In this document: positions 9,544-18,333 of the stretch, in pieces | Position numbering within the stretch: position 1 is the first letter of the stretch | Layout: every line of letters begins with the position of its first letter | Source: Atopobium sp. | Lineage (GTDB): Bacteria > Actinomycetota > Coriobacteriia > Coriobacteriales > Atopobiaceae | Reading direction: 5' to 3' | Assembly (NCBI GenBank): GCA_015258835.1 | Contig: JABZHN010000002.1 | Location: 16,624-80,623, forward strand | Length of the DNA: 64,000 nt | The notes under the pieces: model-generated | The model's input: only the letters and a program-made list of their open reading frames with translations | Databases searched by the model: none | Told to the model about the DNA's origin: nothing | Program-made: the position numbers and the translations under genes

Positions 9544-10623
9544 ATGGAGCCAACGCAACTTGATCCAAGCGCAACAGAAAACGAGGACCGTATTGCCACC
9601 GCTCTGAAGATGACTGCCCCTGGTACAGCGCTTCGCGTTGCACTGGACATGATTATCGCTGGTCGCCTGGGCGCCCTCATTTGCGTGGGAGATACAGAAA
9701 ACGTTCTTGCTGCGGGCGGAGATGGTTTCAAACTTGATGTTTCCTTCACGGCAAACCGACTGTTTGAGCTCTGCAAGATGGACGGCGCTGTAGTGGTGGA
9801 CAAAGACCTCACCAGAATTCTGCGTGCCAACTTCCACCTCAATCCTGATGCAACGCTTCCAACTGCAGAAACAGGCACTCGCCACCGTACTGCCGCTCGC
9901 ATGAGCTTGCTCACCAAGTCTATTGTGATTGCCGTGTCTTCTCGCCGTTCGTTGATTACCGTCTACGTTGATGGTCACGTTATTCCGCTAAAGTCGGTAC
10001 CAGCCATTATGTCTACCGTCAATCAGCTCTCGGTTGCTATGCAAAATACGCGCCAGCAACTTGATCGCGCGCTTCTGCGCTTGACCGCTCTAGAGCTTGA
10101 TAATTACGTTACCCTGGGCGATGTAGCAGGTATTTTCTACCTGTTTGAGGTTCTTTTGAGTGCCGCTGACCAGCTTGATTCTTGTCTTTTGGAGCTAGGT
10201 AGCGAGGGAAAAACTACCGCTATGCAGCGCGAGGAATATTTGGGCGGCATCGACGAGGCCTATAACCTGATGATTCGCGACTACGCCGTAGATTCTTCCG
10301 CTGAAGAGGCGCGCGCCATTCGCCGCCGCTTCCACGAGACAGCCAATACCGAGCTACGCTCCGCAGAAAGTGTTGGCCAGATTCTTGGTTACTCCGATGG
10401 CCGCGGAGAAGATGCGTCCATGGAGCCTCTGGGCCTGCGCACGCTTTCCCGCGTTCACGTGGTCAACGATGAGATTGCGGCCAGAATTGTTGACGCCTAC
10501 GACAACCTGCAGCAGCTACTTCACGTTGCAGAAAACGATACATCAAGCCTCAAATCTCTGGGTGTCGAGAACCCCGGTGCACTTGCTAACAGTCTCCGCA
10601 GAATGTGGGGTAAGTCAGAATAA
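9544..10623 (+). CDS. disA: DNA integrity scanning protein DisA (diadenylate cyclase)
   Basis: N-terminal DAC domain (…GALICVGD…DGAVVVDKDLTRI…), linker, and C-terminal HhH-type region. RBS GAGGGAGAG. Confidence 0.85.
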   Translation: MEPTQLDPSATENEDRIATALKMTAPGTALRVALDMIIAGRLGALICVGDTENVLAAGGDGFKLDVSFTANRLFELCKMDGAVVVDKDLTRILRANFHLNPDATLPTAETGTRHRTAARMSLLTKSIVIAVSSRRSLITVYVDGHVIPLKSVPAIMSTVNQLSVAMQNTRQQLDRALLRLTALELDNYVTLGDVAGIFYLFEVLLSAADQLDSCLLELGSEGKTTAMQREEYLGGIDEAYNLMIRDYAVDSSAEEARAIRRRFHETANTELRSAESVGQILGYSDGRGEDASMEPLGLRTLSRVHVVNDEIAARIVDAYDNLQQLLHVAENDTSSLKSLGVENPGALANSLRRMWGKSE

Positions 10624-11426
10624 TGGCTGCAAGCAGCACCTGTGCAAAGGTCGTGTCAAAGCCACGTCCTTCTCGCCTCACAACACATGGAGCAAAAGCC
10701 GATACCGTTGCCGTCATTGTGGCCGGCGGCATTGGCGAGCGCTTTGGGTATCCTGACGGCAAGCAGTTTATTTCTGTCTGCGGACTTCCGCTGATGAGCT
10801 GGTCAATCCTTGCGTTTGATCACGCGCCCAGCGTGGCTCATATTGTGATTGCTTGCTCTGACGAGAAACGCGCTGCAGTTCAAGAGGGTGTTTTGGGCAA
10901 GCTCGTACTCCACAAACCCGTTCACTTTGCAACGTCTGGTGCTACCAGACAAGAATCGGTATACAACGCGCTCCAGGTAGTGCCTGCCGGATATGATTTT
11001 ATTTCTGTTCATGATGCGGTTCGTCCGCTCATTGAGGTAGAGACTATTGAGCAGGTCATTGGTACAGTTCGCAAGTCGCCTAAGATTGCGGGAGCAATTT
11101 TGGCTCACCGTGCAACTGATACATTGAAGCGCGTAGACGGCGCAACCATCGTAGATACACCTGACCGCTCAACTTTTTGGGCTGCTCAGACCCCTCAGGT
11201 GTTCAAGACGCGCACGCTCCTTGAGGCTCACGAAGTAGCTCGTCAGGAGGGCTACCAGGGAACCGATGACTCGTCGTTAGTTGAGCGTCTAGGTCTTACG
11301 GTGCTGTGCGTTGAGTCGCAACGAGAAAATGTGAAGGTCACGTACCCGTCTGACCTTGCAATTGTTGAAGCTACGCTCAGCCGACGCCTGGTAGAAGGCG
11401 CAACCGGAAGTGAGGCTGTAGAGTGA
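10623..11426 (+). CDS. ispD: 2-C-methyl-D-erythritol 4-phosphate cytidylyltransferase
   Basis: VAVIVAGGIGERFG… is the IspD N-terminal motif. The start overlaps the disA stop by 1 nt. Confidence 0.85.
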   Translation: MAASSTCAKVVSKPRPSRLTTHGAKADTVAVIVAGGIGERFGYPDGKQFISVCGLPLMSWSILAFDHAPSVAHIVIACSDEKRAAVQEGVLGKLVLHKPVHFATSGATRQESVYNALQVVPAGYDFISVHDAVRPLIEVETIEQVIGTVRKSPKIAGAILAHRATDTLKRVDGATIVDTPDRSTFWAAQTPQVFKTRTLLEAHEVARQEGYQGTDDSSLVERLGLTVLCVESQRENVKVTYPSDLAIVEATLSRRLVEGATGSEAVE

Positions 11427-11917
11427 GCATGCCAGAGCTTAAAATTGGCCACGGATACGATGTTCATCGCCTGGTAGAGGGCAGAGATCTTATCTTGGGT
11501 GGCATCAAAATTGAGCATACCAAAGGTCTTCTCGGTCACTCCGATGCCGATGTTTTGACTCATGCACTCATGGATGCCCTGCTAGGAGCTATGCGCGCCG
11601 GCGACATCGGCCAGCTTTTTCCTGATACAGACCCTGCTTATGAGGGCTCTGATTCTATGATGCTTCTGTCCCATGTTATGCAGCTTGTTCGTAATGAGGG
11701 CTTTGAGCTTCTGGATTGTGACTGCACTGTTGCAGCTCAGGCGCCTAAGTTGCTCCCTCATCGCAATGCTATGAGAAACCGCATGGCGGAGGTCATGGGT
11801 GTTTTGCCAGATAAAGTTGGCGTAAAAGCAACCACCACCGAAGGCCTTGGCTTTGTGGGCACTCAAGAAGGCATTGCTGCCTGGGCAGTTGTACTGCTGG
11901 GACGTAGCGCGCAATAA
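11423..11917 (+). CDS. ispF: 2-C-methyl-D-erythritol 2,4-cyclodiphosphate synthase
   Basis: …GHGYDVHRLVEGRDLILGGIKIEHTKGLLGHSDADVLTHA… is canonical IspF. It overlaps the ispD stop by 4 nt. Confidence 0.9.
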   Translation: MSMPELKIGHGYDVHRLVEGRDLILGGIKIEHTKGLLGHSDADVLTHALMDALLGAMRAGDIGQLFPDTDPAYEGSDSMMLLSHVMQLVRNEGFELLDCDCTVAAQAPKLLPHRNAMRNRMAEVMGVLPDKVGVKATTTEGLGFVGTQEGIAAWAVVLLGRSAQ

Positions 11918-11918
11918 A

Positions 11919-13559
11919 TTACAGCTCTACGATATGATCGGCTGCCTCCACCACTTTAGGGTCATGAGATATGAGCAATATTATGTGGTCCTGCTTGACC
12001 TTCTTGAGAAGATTAAGAAGGACATCAACACTGTTTTGATCTAATGCTGAGGTTGGCTCGTCAAGCAACATAACACTTGGGTTCATAAGCATCATGCGGA
12101 TAATTGCAATCTTTTGTTTTTCTCCACCAGAGATAGCAGAGCTTCTTTCACCCAGGCGAACGTCAAGATTTTGATCGTCTCCAAGCAGCAATTTTTCCAG
12201 ATTGAACAGCTTGATATAGCTGATTATCTCTTCATCTGTTGGTTGGTTTTTGCAGAGTAAGGTCAGATTATTTCTTACTGTATCGTCAACAATGCTTGGC
12301 TCTTGTTCGGTAAATCCAAGAGTATTTTTTCGGAGTTCATACTGATTAATTTGAGTGAGCAAATCCTCATTAATAGCAATAGTGCCTGATAGGTGAGAAG
12401 ACCACTCTCCGTTAATGAGTTTCAGGAATGTAGATTTGCCTGTTCCGTTTCCACCGGTAATGGCGTATATATTTCCTTTTGCAAAACTACAAGACAAGTT
12501 GTTCATCAGTACTTTATTTGTATGCGGATAAGAGAAAGATACATTTGTGCAGGTAATTTGATTGACGTTCTCTGATGGAATGATGTTACCAACGGATTCT
12601 TGAGGTACCTCAAGAATCTGCTCAATTCGATTAAGACTTACCGTAATGCTCTGATAAGCCATGCCAAATTCCATAAGAAGCGTAATAGAGCCCAAAAGCG
12701 ATACAAAATAGCTTGAAATGGTTGCAATATAGCCAGGCTGCAGTGCTCCAAGAAAAATTTGATATGCACAGGTAATAAAGACAATAGCTTGGAATACAGC
12801 AATTACAGCATTGTTTAATTCCTGTACGCCAAATTCCAGTTTGTACTGCTCATGAATAGCACTACGAAGTTTTTGATTGACGGCATAGTGCTGATTAAAG
12901 AAACGCTCAAAGAGAGAATGACGCCTGATAAAATCTACGTCTGTGAATTGGGAGAGCTCAATAGATCCATACTGGGACCGCAGTTCTTTAGATTCTTTGT
13001 ATCTTTTATAGGCCGAAGCTTGGATTTGCTTATAGATAATAAAACTCACTAGCAACAGAACAACCGTTACAAGGGCGGTTAATGGGTTCAAATATAAAAT
13101 AATTGCCAGTGTGCCTAAGACAGAGACCATAGTTGTTACAAAGCTCACACATTGTGTAAGTATAAAAATCGAAACGTCATTAGAATCGTTATTTACTGTC
13201 TGGCGGTAATGTCCAGAATCATATGACGAGAAAAATGATGAATCTGCATGTTGAATCTTGTCAATCAGCTGTCGCTCAATAGTAAACGAAGAATCAATTT
13301 GTAACTGACAATAGCGTGTTTTAGCAAGATAGGAACAGCCGGCAATAAGGATTCCTAGTGCGGCAACCACGGCGCAATAGAAAAGTATCTCGCTCCAAAT
13401 TGTCCCTGAAATAAAAAGATTAATTACAAATCCAACAAGAAGAGGTTGGATCACCATAAGCGCTGTGACAAAGAATGACAGAAAGAGAAAAATCGCAAGA
13501 CTGCCTTTATCCAGAATGGTAGATATACAGTAGTGGATAATGTTAAAAAACTTACTCAT
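11919..13559 (-). CDS. ABC exporter, fused transmembrane and ATP-binding domains
   Basis: 546 aa with about 6 N-terminal TM helices, then Walker A GGNGTGKST, signature ISGGEKQKIAI, Walker B MLLDEPTS and H-loop ISHD. GC is markedly lower, about 37% versus about 55% in neighbouring genes. It is convergent with ispF with only 1 nt between the stops. Confidence 0.8.
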   Translation of the reverse strand: MSKFFNIIHYCISTILDKGSLAIFLFLSFFVTALMVIQPLLVGFVINLFISGTIWSEILFYCAVVAALGILIAGCSYLAKTRYCQLQIDSSFTIERQLIDKIQHADSSFFSSYDSGHYRQTVNNDSNDVSIFILTQCVSFVTTMVSVLGTLAIILYLNPLTALVTVVLLLVSFIIYKQIQASAYKRYKESKELRSQYGSIELSQFTDVDFIRRHSLFERFFNQHYAVNQKLRSAIHEQYKLEFGVQELNNAVIAVFQAIVFITCAYQIFLGALQPGYIATISSYFVSLLGSITLLMEFGMAYQSITVSLNRIEQILEVPQESVGNIIPSENVNQITCTNVSFSYPHTNKVLMNNLSCSFAKGNIYAITGGNGTGKSTFLKLINGEWSSHLSGTIAINEDLLTQINQYELRKNTLGFTEQEPSIVDDTVRNNLTLLCKNQPTDEEIISYIKLFNLEKLLLGDDQNLDVRLGERSSAISGGEKQKIAIIRMMLMNPSVMLLDEPTSALDQNSVDVLLNLLKKVKQDHIILLISHDPKVVEAADHIVEL

Positions 13560-13801
13560 TCAAATCACCTTCTGAAGTTGTTAAGAGTAAGATTTCTTGT
13601 CTTCTAGTTCTTCGCAGTTTTGATTCAAATATAAATTTCTTAAATTTTTGTTCATCAAGTTTAATAAAACAAAAAAACAAATCCAGCACTAATCCGTGAA
13701 CGGTAACAAAATTGAATCTTGATTAGTACGGTATGGAACTCAAAGGTTTTCCACAAACCGTTTATACTTACACCAATACACAATGGTTGCGAGGAGTATG
13801 C

Positions 13802-15283
13802 ATGCTTGTCTATAACACTCAGACGCATAAAAAAGAAGAGTTCAAGCCAATCGACGAGGGCAAAATCCGCATGTACGTGTGCGGTCCTACGGTTTACGAT
13901 CAGATTCACATCGGAAACGCCCGTACCTTCCTCTCGTTTGACGTTATTCGACGTTATCTGATGCACAAAGGTTATGAGGTCACCTTTGCTCAGAATTTGA
14001 CTGACGTTGACGACAAGATTATTCAGCGTGCCATTGAGCAGGGAAGGACTGCTCAAGAGGTTTCTGAAGAGTTTTCTCAGGCGTTTATCGAGCAGATGCA
14101 TCGTTTCAATATTCTAGATCCGGATATTCGTCCTCGCGCAACGCACGAGATTGAAGCCATGCTTCAGATGATTCAATCTTTGATTGAACAGGGCTATGCT
14201 TACGCAGTGCCTTCGGGCGACGTGTACTTCTCGGTACGTTCTGACCACGGCTATGGCGTGCTTTCTGGTCGAGATCTTGATCAGCTTCGCGCAGGCGAGC
14301 GCGTTGAGGTTAATGACGAGAAACGCGACCCATTTGACTTTGCACTCTGGAAGGCTGCAAAGCCTGGTGAGCCTAGCTGGCCAAGTCCTTGGGGAGAAGG
14401 TCGTCCAGGTTGGCACAGTGAGTGCTGCGCAATGATTCATCGCTACCTGGGTACTCCAATTGACATTCACGGTGGTGGCTCTGATCTGGTATTCCCTCAT
14501 CATGAGAACGAGACCGCGCAGGCATCTTGCGCCTGGCACGCTCCTCTCGCCAATTATTGGATGCACACCGGAATGCTTCGCGTTGATGGCGAGAAGATGT
14601 CCAAGTCTTTGGGCAACTTCTACACACTCAAGGAAGTTTTGGACAAGTACCCTGCAGATGCAGTAAGACTTTTGATGCTTCAAACGCACTATCGCGCACC
14701 ACTTGATTTCTCGTTTGAGCGCCTTGAGGGCACTGTTGGTACGCTTGAGCGCATGAAGACCTGCGTTGCAAATCTCCGCTGGGCTTTCAAGCAGTCTTCT
14801 GCTCAGCACGAACTTTCCGACGCTGATAGCACGCTTGCTGAGGCTATTAACACAGCTCAGAGCGAGTTTGACGCTCAGATGGATGATGATTTCAATACCG
14901 CAGGAGCACTCGCTGCTATCTTTGCTCTGGTAACTGCTGCAAATACGTATCTTGCAGAGGTTGGTCAGAACGTTGGCGCAAGTCCTGTTCTCCGTGCAGC
15001 AGATATGTTGTGCGAGCTCACGGGAGCTTTGGGAATTGATTTGACTCAGGCGGCGTCTACCTCTGATTTACCAGAGGAGCTTGTGGCGCTTGCCGCCCAG
15101 GTGGCAGGCTATGAGGGCGCGTCAGCTGACGAGGCTGCAGAGGCTTTGCTTGCTGCTCGTCAGGAGGCTCGTTCCCAGAAAAACTGGGCAGTTGCTGATC
15201 AAATTAGAGATGGCATTGCTGAGCTTGGACTTTTGATTGAAGATACCGCCGCTGGCGCTCGACTTAAGCGTAAGGCAGACTAA
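13802..15283 (+). CDS. cysS: Cysteinyl-tRNA synthetase
   Basis: HIGH motif (HIGNAR), KMSKS, and Zn-binding Cys residues. The start is ATG 13802 with GAGGAG 7 nt upstream, which is codon 24 of ORF 13733. Confidence 0.9.
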   Translation: MLVYNTQTHKKEEFKPIDEGKIRMYVCGPTVYDQIHIGNARTFLSFDVIRRYLMHKGYEVTFAQNLTDVDDKIIQRAIEQGRTAQEVSEEFSQAFIEQMHRFNILDPDIRPRATHEIEAMLQMIQSLIEQGYAYAVPSGDVYFSVRSDHGYGVLSGRDLDQLRAGERVEVNDEKRDPFDFALWKAAKPGEPSWPSPWGEGRPGWHSECCAMIHRYLGTPIDIHGGGSDLVFPHHENETAQASCAWHAPLANYWMHTGMLRVDGEKMSKSLGNFYTLKEVLDKYPADAVRLLMLQTHYRAPLDFSFERLEGTVGTLERMKTCVANLRWAFKQSSAQHELSDADSTLAEAINTAQSEFDAQMDDDFNTAGALAAIFALVTAANTYLAEVGQNVGASPVLRAADMLCELTGALGIDLTQAASTSDLPEELVALAAQVAGYEGASADEAAEALLAARQEARSQKNWAVADQIRDGIAELGLLIEDTAAGARLKRKAD

Positions 15284-15285
15284 CT

Positions 15286-16302
15286 ATGGCAAGAAATCAG
15301 CGTTCTACCTCTAAAAATACACGCTCCGAGGGCGCTGCAGGCCGCGGTGGAGCAGGTCGCGGCGGCGCAGGTCGCGGTGGCGCTGCAAGTCGCGGCTCCA
15401 AAAAAGCTGCCGACTGGGGCGGTTATTTCGGCGCCAAGAATGGCCAGGGCTCAAAAGGTAGCCGCTCCGCACAAGGCTCACGCGCAGCTCAGGGTACTCG
15501 CGGACAGCAAGGTGCTGGTGGACAGCGAGGCGCTGGCGCTGGACGTCCCGGCAACAAAAAGCCTGCAACTGATCTTATCGAGGGTCGTCGCGCAGTAGCA
15601 GAGGCGCTGACTGTGGGCATTCCTTTGAAGAATGCGCTGGTACAAGCCGCAAGCGGACAGAAGGACCAGGAGATTGAGGCACTTGCACGCCAGCTTGAGC
15701 AGGAGGGTATTCCTGTCGAGCGTGTTGCAAAGCCAGTGCTTGACTCGCTTTCAAGCCACGGCGCTCACCAGGGAGTTATTGTCCGTACACAGCCGTTTGC
15801 CTATGCTGACCTCTCTGAAATCGTTCAGCGTGCGGGTTCTGAAAACGCGCTGGTTGTGGTCTTGGATCACGTCACTGACGAGGGAAACTTTGGCGCAATT
15901 GTAAGAAGTGCCGAGGTAGTTGGCGCAGCCGGCGTTGTTATTGCAAACGCTCGCGCTGCCCGAGTTGGCGTTGGAGCATACAAGACTTCCGCAGGAGCCG
16001 TGCTTCACCTGCCAATCGCTCAGGTTTCTAATCTACCACGCGCTCTTGAAGAGCTCAAAGCTGCAGGTTTTTGGACATGCGGTTCCACCGAGCATGCCAC
16101 CCAGTCCGTGTGGGAGGCTCCTATGGGAGGCCGCCTTGCACTTGTTATGGGCTCTGAAGGTTCAGGAATTTCTCGCCTTATGCTCGAGAAGTGCGATTTT
16201 ACGTGCAAGCTTCCTCAGTTTGGCCAGGTAGAGTCCCTGAATGTTGCTCAGGCAACGACGGTTATGTGCTACGAGTGGCTCCGCAGGACTCAGGAAGCGT
16301 AA
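15286..16302 (+). CDS. rlmB: 23S rRNA (Gm2251) 2'-O-methyltransferase RlmB (SpoU/TrmH family) with an RGG-repeat N-terminal tail
   Basis: The C-terminal SPOUT domain (…VLDHVTDEGNFGAIVRSAEVVGAAGVVIA…) is preceded by a GAGRGG repeat region. Its position after cysS matches B. subtilis yacO. Confidence 0.85.
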   Translation: MARNQRSTSKNTRSEGAAGRGGAGRGGAGRGGAASRGSKKAADWGGYFGAKNGQGSKGSRSAQGSRAAQGTRGQQGAGGQRGAGAGRPGNKKPATDLIEGRRAVAEALTVGIPLKNALVQAASGQKDQEIEALARQLEQEGIPVERVAKPVLDSLSSHGAHQGVIVRTQPFAYADLSEIVQRAGSENALVVVLDHVTDEGNFGAIVRSAEVVGAAGVVIANARAARVGVGAYKTSAGAVLHLPIAQVSNLPRALEELKAAGFWTCGSTEHATQSVWEAPMGGRLALVMGSEGSGISRLMLEKCDFTCKLPQFGQVESLNVAQATTVMCYEWLRRTQEA

Positions 16303-16359
16303 GCCCAGGAAGCCCAGGAAGCGTAAGCCCAGGACGAGTAAGCCCAGGAAGCGTAAGGT
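16288..16359 (+). repeat. 15-nt tandem repeat CAGGAAGCGTAAGCC x about 4.6 spanning the rlmB stop, with four in-frame TAA codons
   Basis: Seen directly: …CAGGAAGCG TAA GCC CAGGAAGCC CAGGAAGCG TAA GCC CAGGACGAG TAA GCC CAGGAAGCG TAA GGT ATG…. The yacP ATG is in the same frame as rlmB. Confidence 0.85.
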
Positions 16360-16938
16360 ATGGCTCAGAAAAAATCGCTGCTTGTAGTCGATGGCTATAA
16401 CGTCATGTTGGCAACTCCTCGCTATGAGGCGCTGCTGGATGAGCGAGGCTCTTCTACGCAAGAAACCGCTGCTGAGAGGGCCTATCACCTCAATACCGAT
16501 CCGTTTTATCGCGCCCGTTTGGCGCTCATTTCTGACGTTGCCACGTTTGCGCAGGGCACTTACGAGGCCGTTATTGTGTTCGACGGCAAGGGAAACGTAA
16601 ACGACGAGCGCCCGGAGCGCAGCCATGCTGGCGTGCAGCTGGTTTTTTCCGAGACGGGGGAGTCCGCAGATAGCGTCATCGAGCGCCTGGTCACGGACGC
16701 GCGAGAGGCTGGTCGAAAGGTATTTCTGGTCACGTCGGACAGGGACATCCGCGCCACGGCTGGCTTTGGCCCCGGCGAGGTCACGCGCATTGCAAGCGCA
16801 TCACTGGTCCACGAGATTTCCCAAGCAGATAACGTTGTCGAAGAGATGCGTCGCGATCAGGTCAGTACGCGCATGACGCTTGAAAACCGCATTTCTCCAG
16901 ATCAGCGCGAGAAACTCTGGAAGCTGCTAGGCAAATAG
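16360..16938 (+). CDS. yacP: NYN/PIN-like ribonuclease, YacP/Rae1 family
   Basis: …LLVVDGYNVM… is the N-terminal NYN motif. The gene order rlmB-yacP is conserved as in B. subtilis. Confidence 0.75.
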   Translation: MAQKKSLLVVDGYNVMLATPRYEALLDERGSSTQETAAERAYHLNTDPFYRARLALISDVATFAQGTYEAVIVFDGKGNVNDERPERSHAGVQLVFSETGESADSVIERLVTDAREAGRKVFLVTSDRDIRATAGFGPGEVTRIASASLVHEISQADNVVEEMRRDQVSTRMTLENRISPDQREKLWKLLGK

Positions 16939-17004
16939 GTGACCAGGTCAGCGTCTCACACGCCTTACGCGCTAATGCGCCCGACGCGCCAATTTGACTG
17001 ACGT

Positions 17005-17137
17005 GCCTGATTTCTGCAAAGAATCTGTAAAATTTGCCTGATAACAGCAAAGAATCGGTGGATTTGCCTGATTTCATCAAAGAATCGGTGGCTCAAATAC
17101 AGATTCTTTGCACTTTTCAGGCTCGCTTTTCAGGCTC
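17005..17137. repeat. Intergenic modular repeat, 118-bp core element copy A (MITE/REP-like)
   Basis: Three about 30-bp direct subrepeats (GCCTGAtttcNNCAAAGAATC[T/G]GT…TTT) end in an inverted arm CAGATTCTTTGCACTTTTCAGGC. It is about 90% identical to copies at 24139..24255 and 37023..37140. Confidence 0.85.
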
Positions 17138-17189
17138 ACTTTTCACGCGGGACTTTGAAGCGCGCGTGAGATTGCCCCTCCAAGGAGCC

Positions 17190-17280
17190 TGATTTTCTCG
17201 CCATATCTGAATAATTTGCCGGAAAAGTTCACCATATCTGAGCTATTTGCCGGTTTTTCTCGCCAAGTCTGAGCTGTTTT
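17190..17280. repeat. Second repeat module (TTCTCGCCA[A/T]GTCTGAGCTATTTGCCGG units), copy A'
   Basis: About 30-bp direct subrepeats. A homologous copy lies at 23961..24066. Confidence 0.75.
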
Positions 17281-17464
17281 ACACAGACATGATGCGGTTT
17301 TCAGGCTGGCTAGACTTGATGGACAGCGCATTTGTACCAAGCTAGCTCCTACAGAAGGAAAGCACTCCTACATGCTGCATCGACCAGTTTGTGGAGAAAA
17401 ATTTCTCGAAAATTGAGACTAGACCAAAGTCAGAAAAGTCTATAGAATATCCTCTGCACTTGAT

Positions 17465-17540
<76 letters not shown>

Positions 17541-17551
17541 CTTGAATTTTC

Positions 17552-17576
17552 AGCCAGGCATTGCCTGGCTTTTTTC
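17552..17576 (+). terminator. Rho-independent terminator after tRNA-Thr
   Basis: AGCCAGGC-attg-CCTGGCT followed by TTTTTT. Confidence 0.7.
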
Positions 17577-17648
17577 GTGCGAATTTTAGGGCATTCGCGA
17601 CGTATCGCGTATGGCTTCTATAGACAACCGTAAAAGCCCGTATGCGTC

Positions 17649-17800
17649 TGGCGAGAAACCCGCTTGGAGTTGTGATGAGAAAATCGGTGGAGTTGTGACG
17701 AGAAAATCGGTGGAGTTGTGGCAAGAAACCCGCTTGAAGTTGTGGCCAGAAAACCGCATGGAATTGTGGCGAGAAAATCGCTTGGAATTGTGGAAAATAT
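17649..17800. repeat. Tandem array, about 6.5 x 23-24 bp units (GGCGAGAAA[A/C][C/T]CG[C/G]TTGGAGTTGT), degenerate
   Basis: Contiguous head-to-tail units with no unique spacers. The first unit begins with the dispersed 14-mer TGGCGAGAAACCCG. Confidence 0.85.
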
Positions 17801-17970
17801 TTGATAAGATACGCCCGGTTGGGTGGATTACGTTGACAAGATTTTTATTCAATCGTAATATTTTCCCGCTTACGAGGTAATACAGAAGTTCAACAAGACT
17901 TCCTGCGTACGTTAAACCGCAAGGTAAACAGCGTACACAATTGCTTCAAGAGTGCTTGAAAACGGTATTT

Positions 17971-18054
17971 GGGGATATGGCACAGCGGCAACTGCGGCGG
18001 ACTGTAAATCCGCTCTCTCTGAGTTCCTTGGTTCGAGTCCAAGTATCCCCACCA
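17971..18054 (+). tRNA. tRNA-Tyr (anticodon GTA), long variable arm
   Basis: GGGGATA/TATCCCC acceptor, anticodon loop ctGTAaa, and a type-II variable arm. CCA encoded. Confidence 0.8.
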
Positions 18055-18055
18055 C

Positions 18056-18131
18056 GCCCGTGTAGCTCAGTAGGTAGAGCACTTCGTTGGTAACGAAGAG
18101 GTCACCGGTTCAAATCCGGTCGCGGGCTCCA
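18056..18131 (+). tRNA. tRNA-Thr (anticodon GGT)
   Basis: Anticodon loop ttGGTaa, T-loop GGTTCAAATCC, and CCA encoded. It lies 1 nt after tRNA-Tyr. Confidence 0.85.
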
Positions 18132-18150
18132 TTTTTCAAGCGGCATTTAT

Positions 18151-18227
18151 GCCGGCGTAGCTCAGCTGGTTAGAGCACACGGCTCATACCCGTGACGTCA
18201 CTGGTTCGAATCCAGTCGCCGGTACCA
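18151..18227 (+). tRNA. tRNA-Met (anticodon CAT), elongator type
   Basis: Anticodon loop ctCATac. The anticodon stem CACGG/CCGTG lacks the three G-C pairs typical of initiator tRNAs. Confidence 0.8.
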
Positions 18228-18333
18228 GACTCTTTACGGCGTACATGTCCTAGACATTTGCGCCGTTGAGTATAAACAGACGTTTTTTCACCACGGTCTA
18301 GCCCGAGGGTTAGTTCCAGAAGGAGGATTGGCA

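Noticed and set aside
13560-13801. T-box or riboswitch leader ahead of cysS
   Set aside because: The 240-bp AT-rich spacer lacks the T-box consensus (AATTAGGGTGGTACCGCG-like). It is more simply the promoter region of the inserted ABC gene and of cysS.
17649-17800. Possible CRISPR array
   Set aside because: Units are contiguous with no unique spacers. The repeats are degenerate and 23-24 bp long with no palindromic core, and no cas genes lie nearby. It is a minisatellite.
17586-17880. Two overlapping ORFs (88 and 89 aa) with ELW/ELWRE repeats
   Set aside because: They are translations of the 23-24-bp tandem array. Their periodicity follows the DNA repeat, not a protein fold, and there is no RBS.
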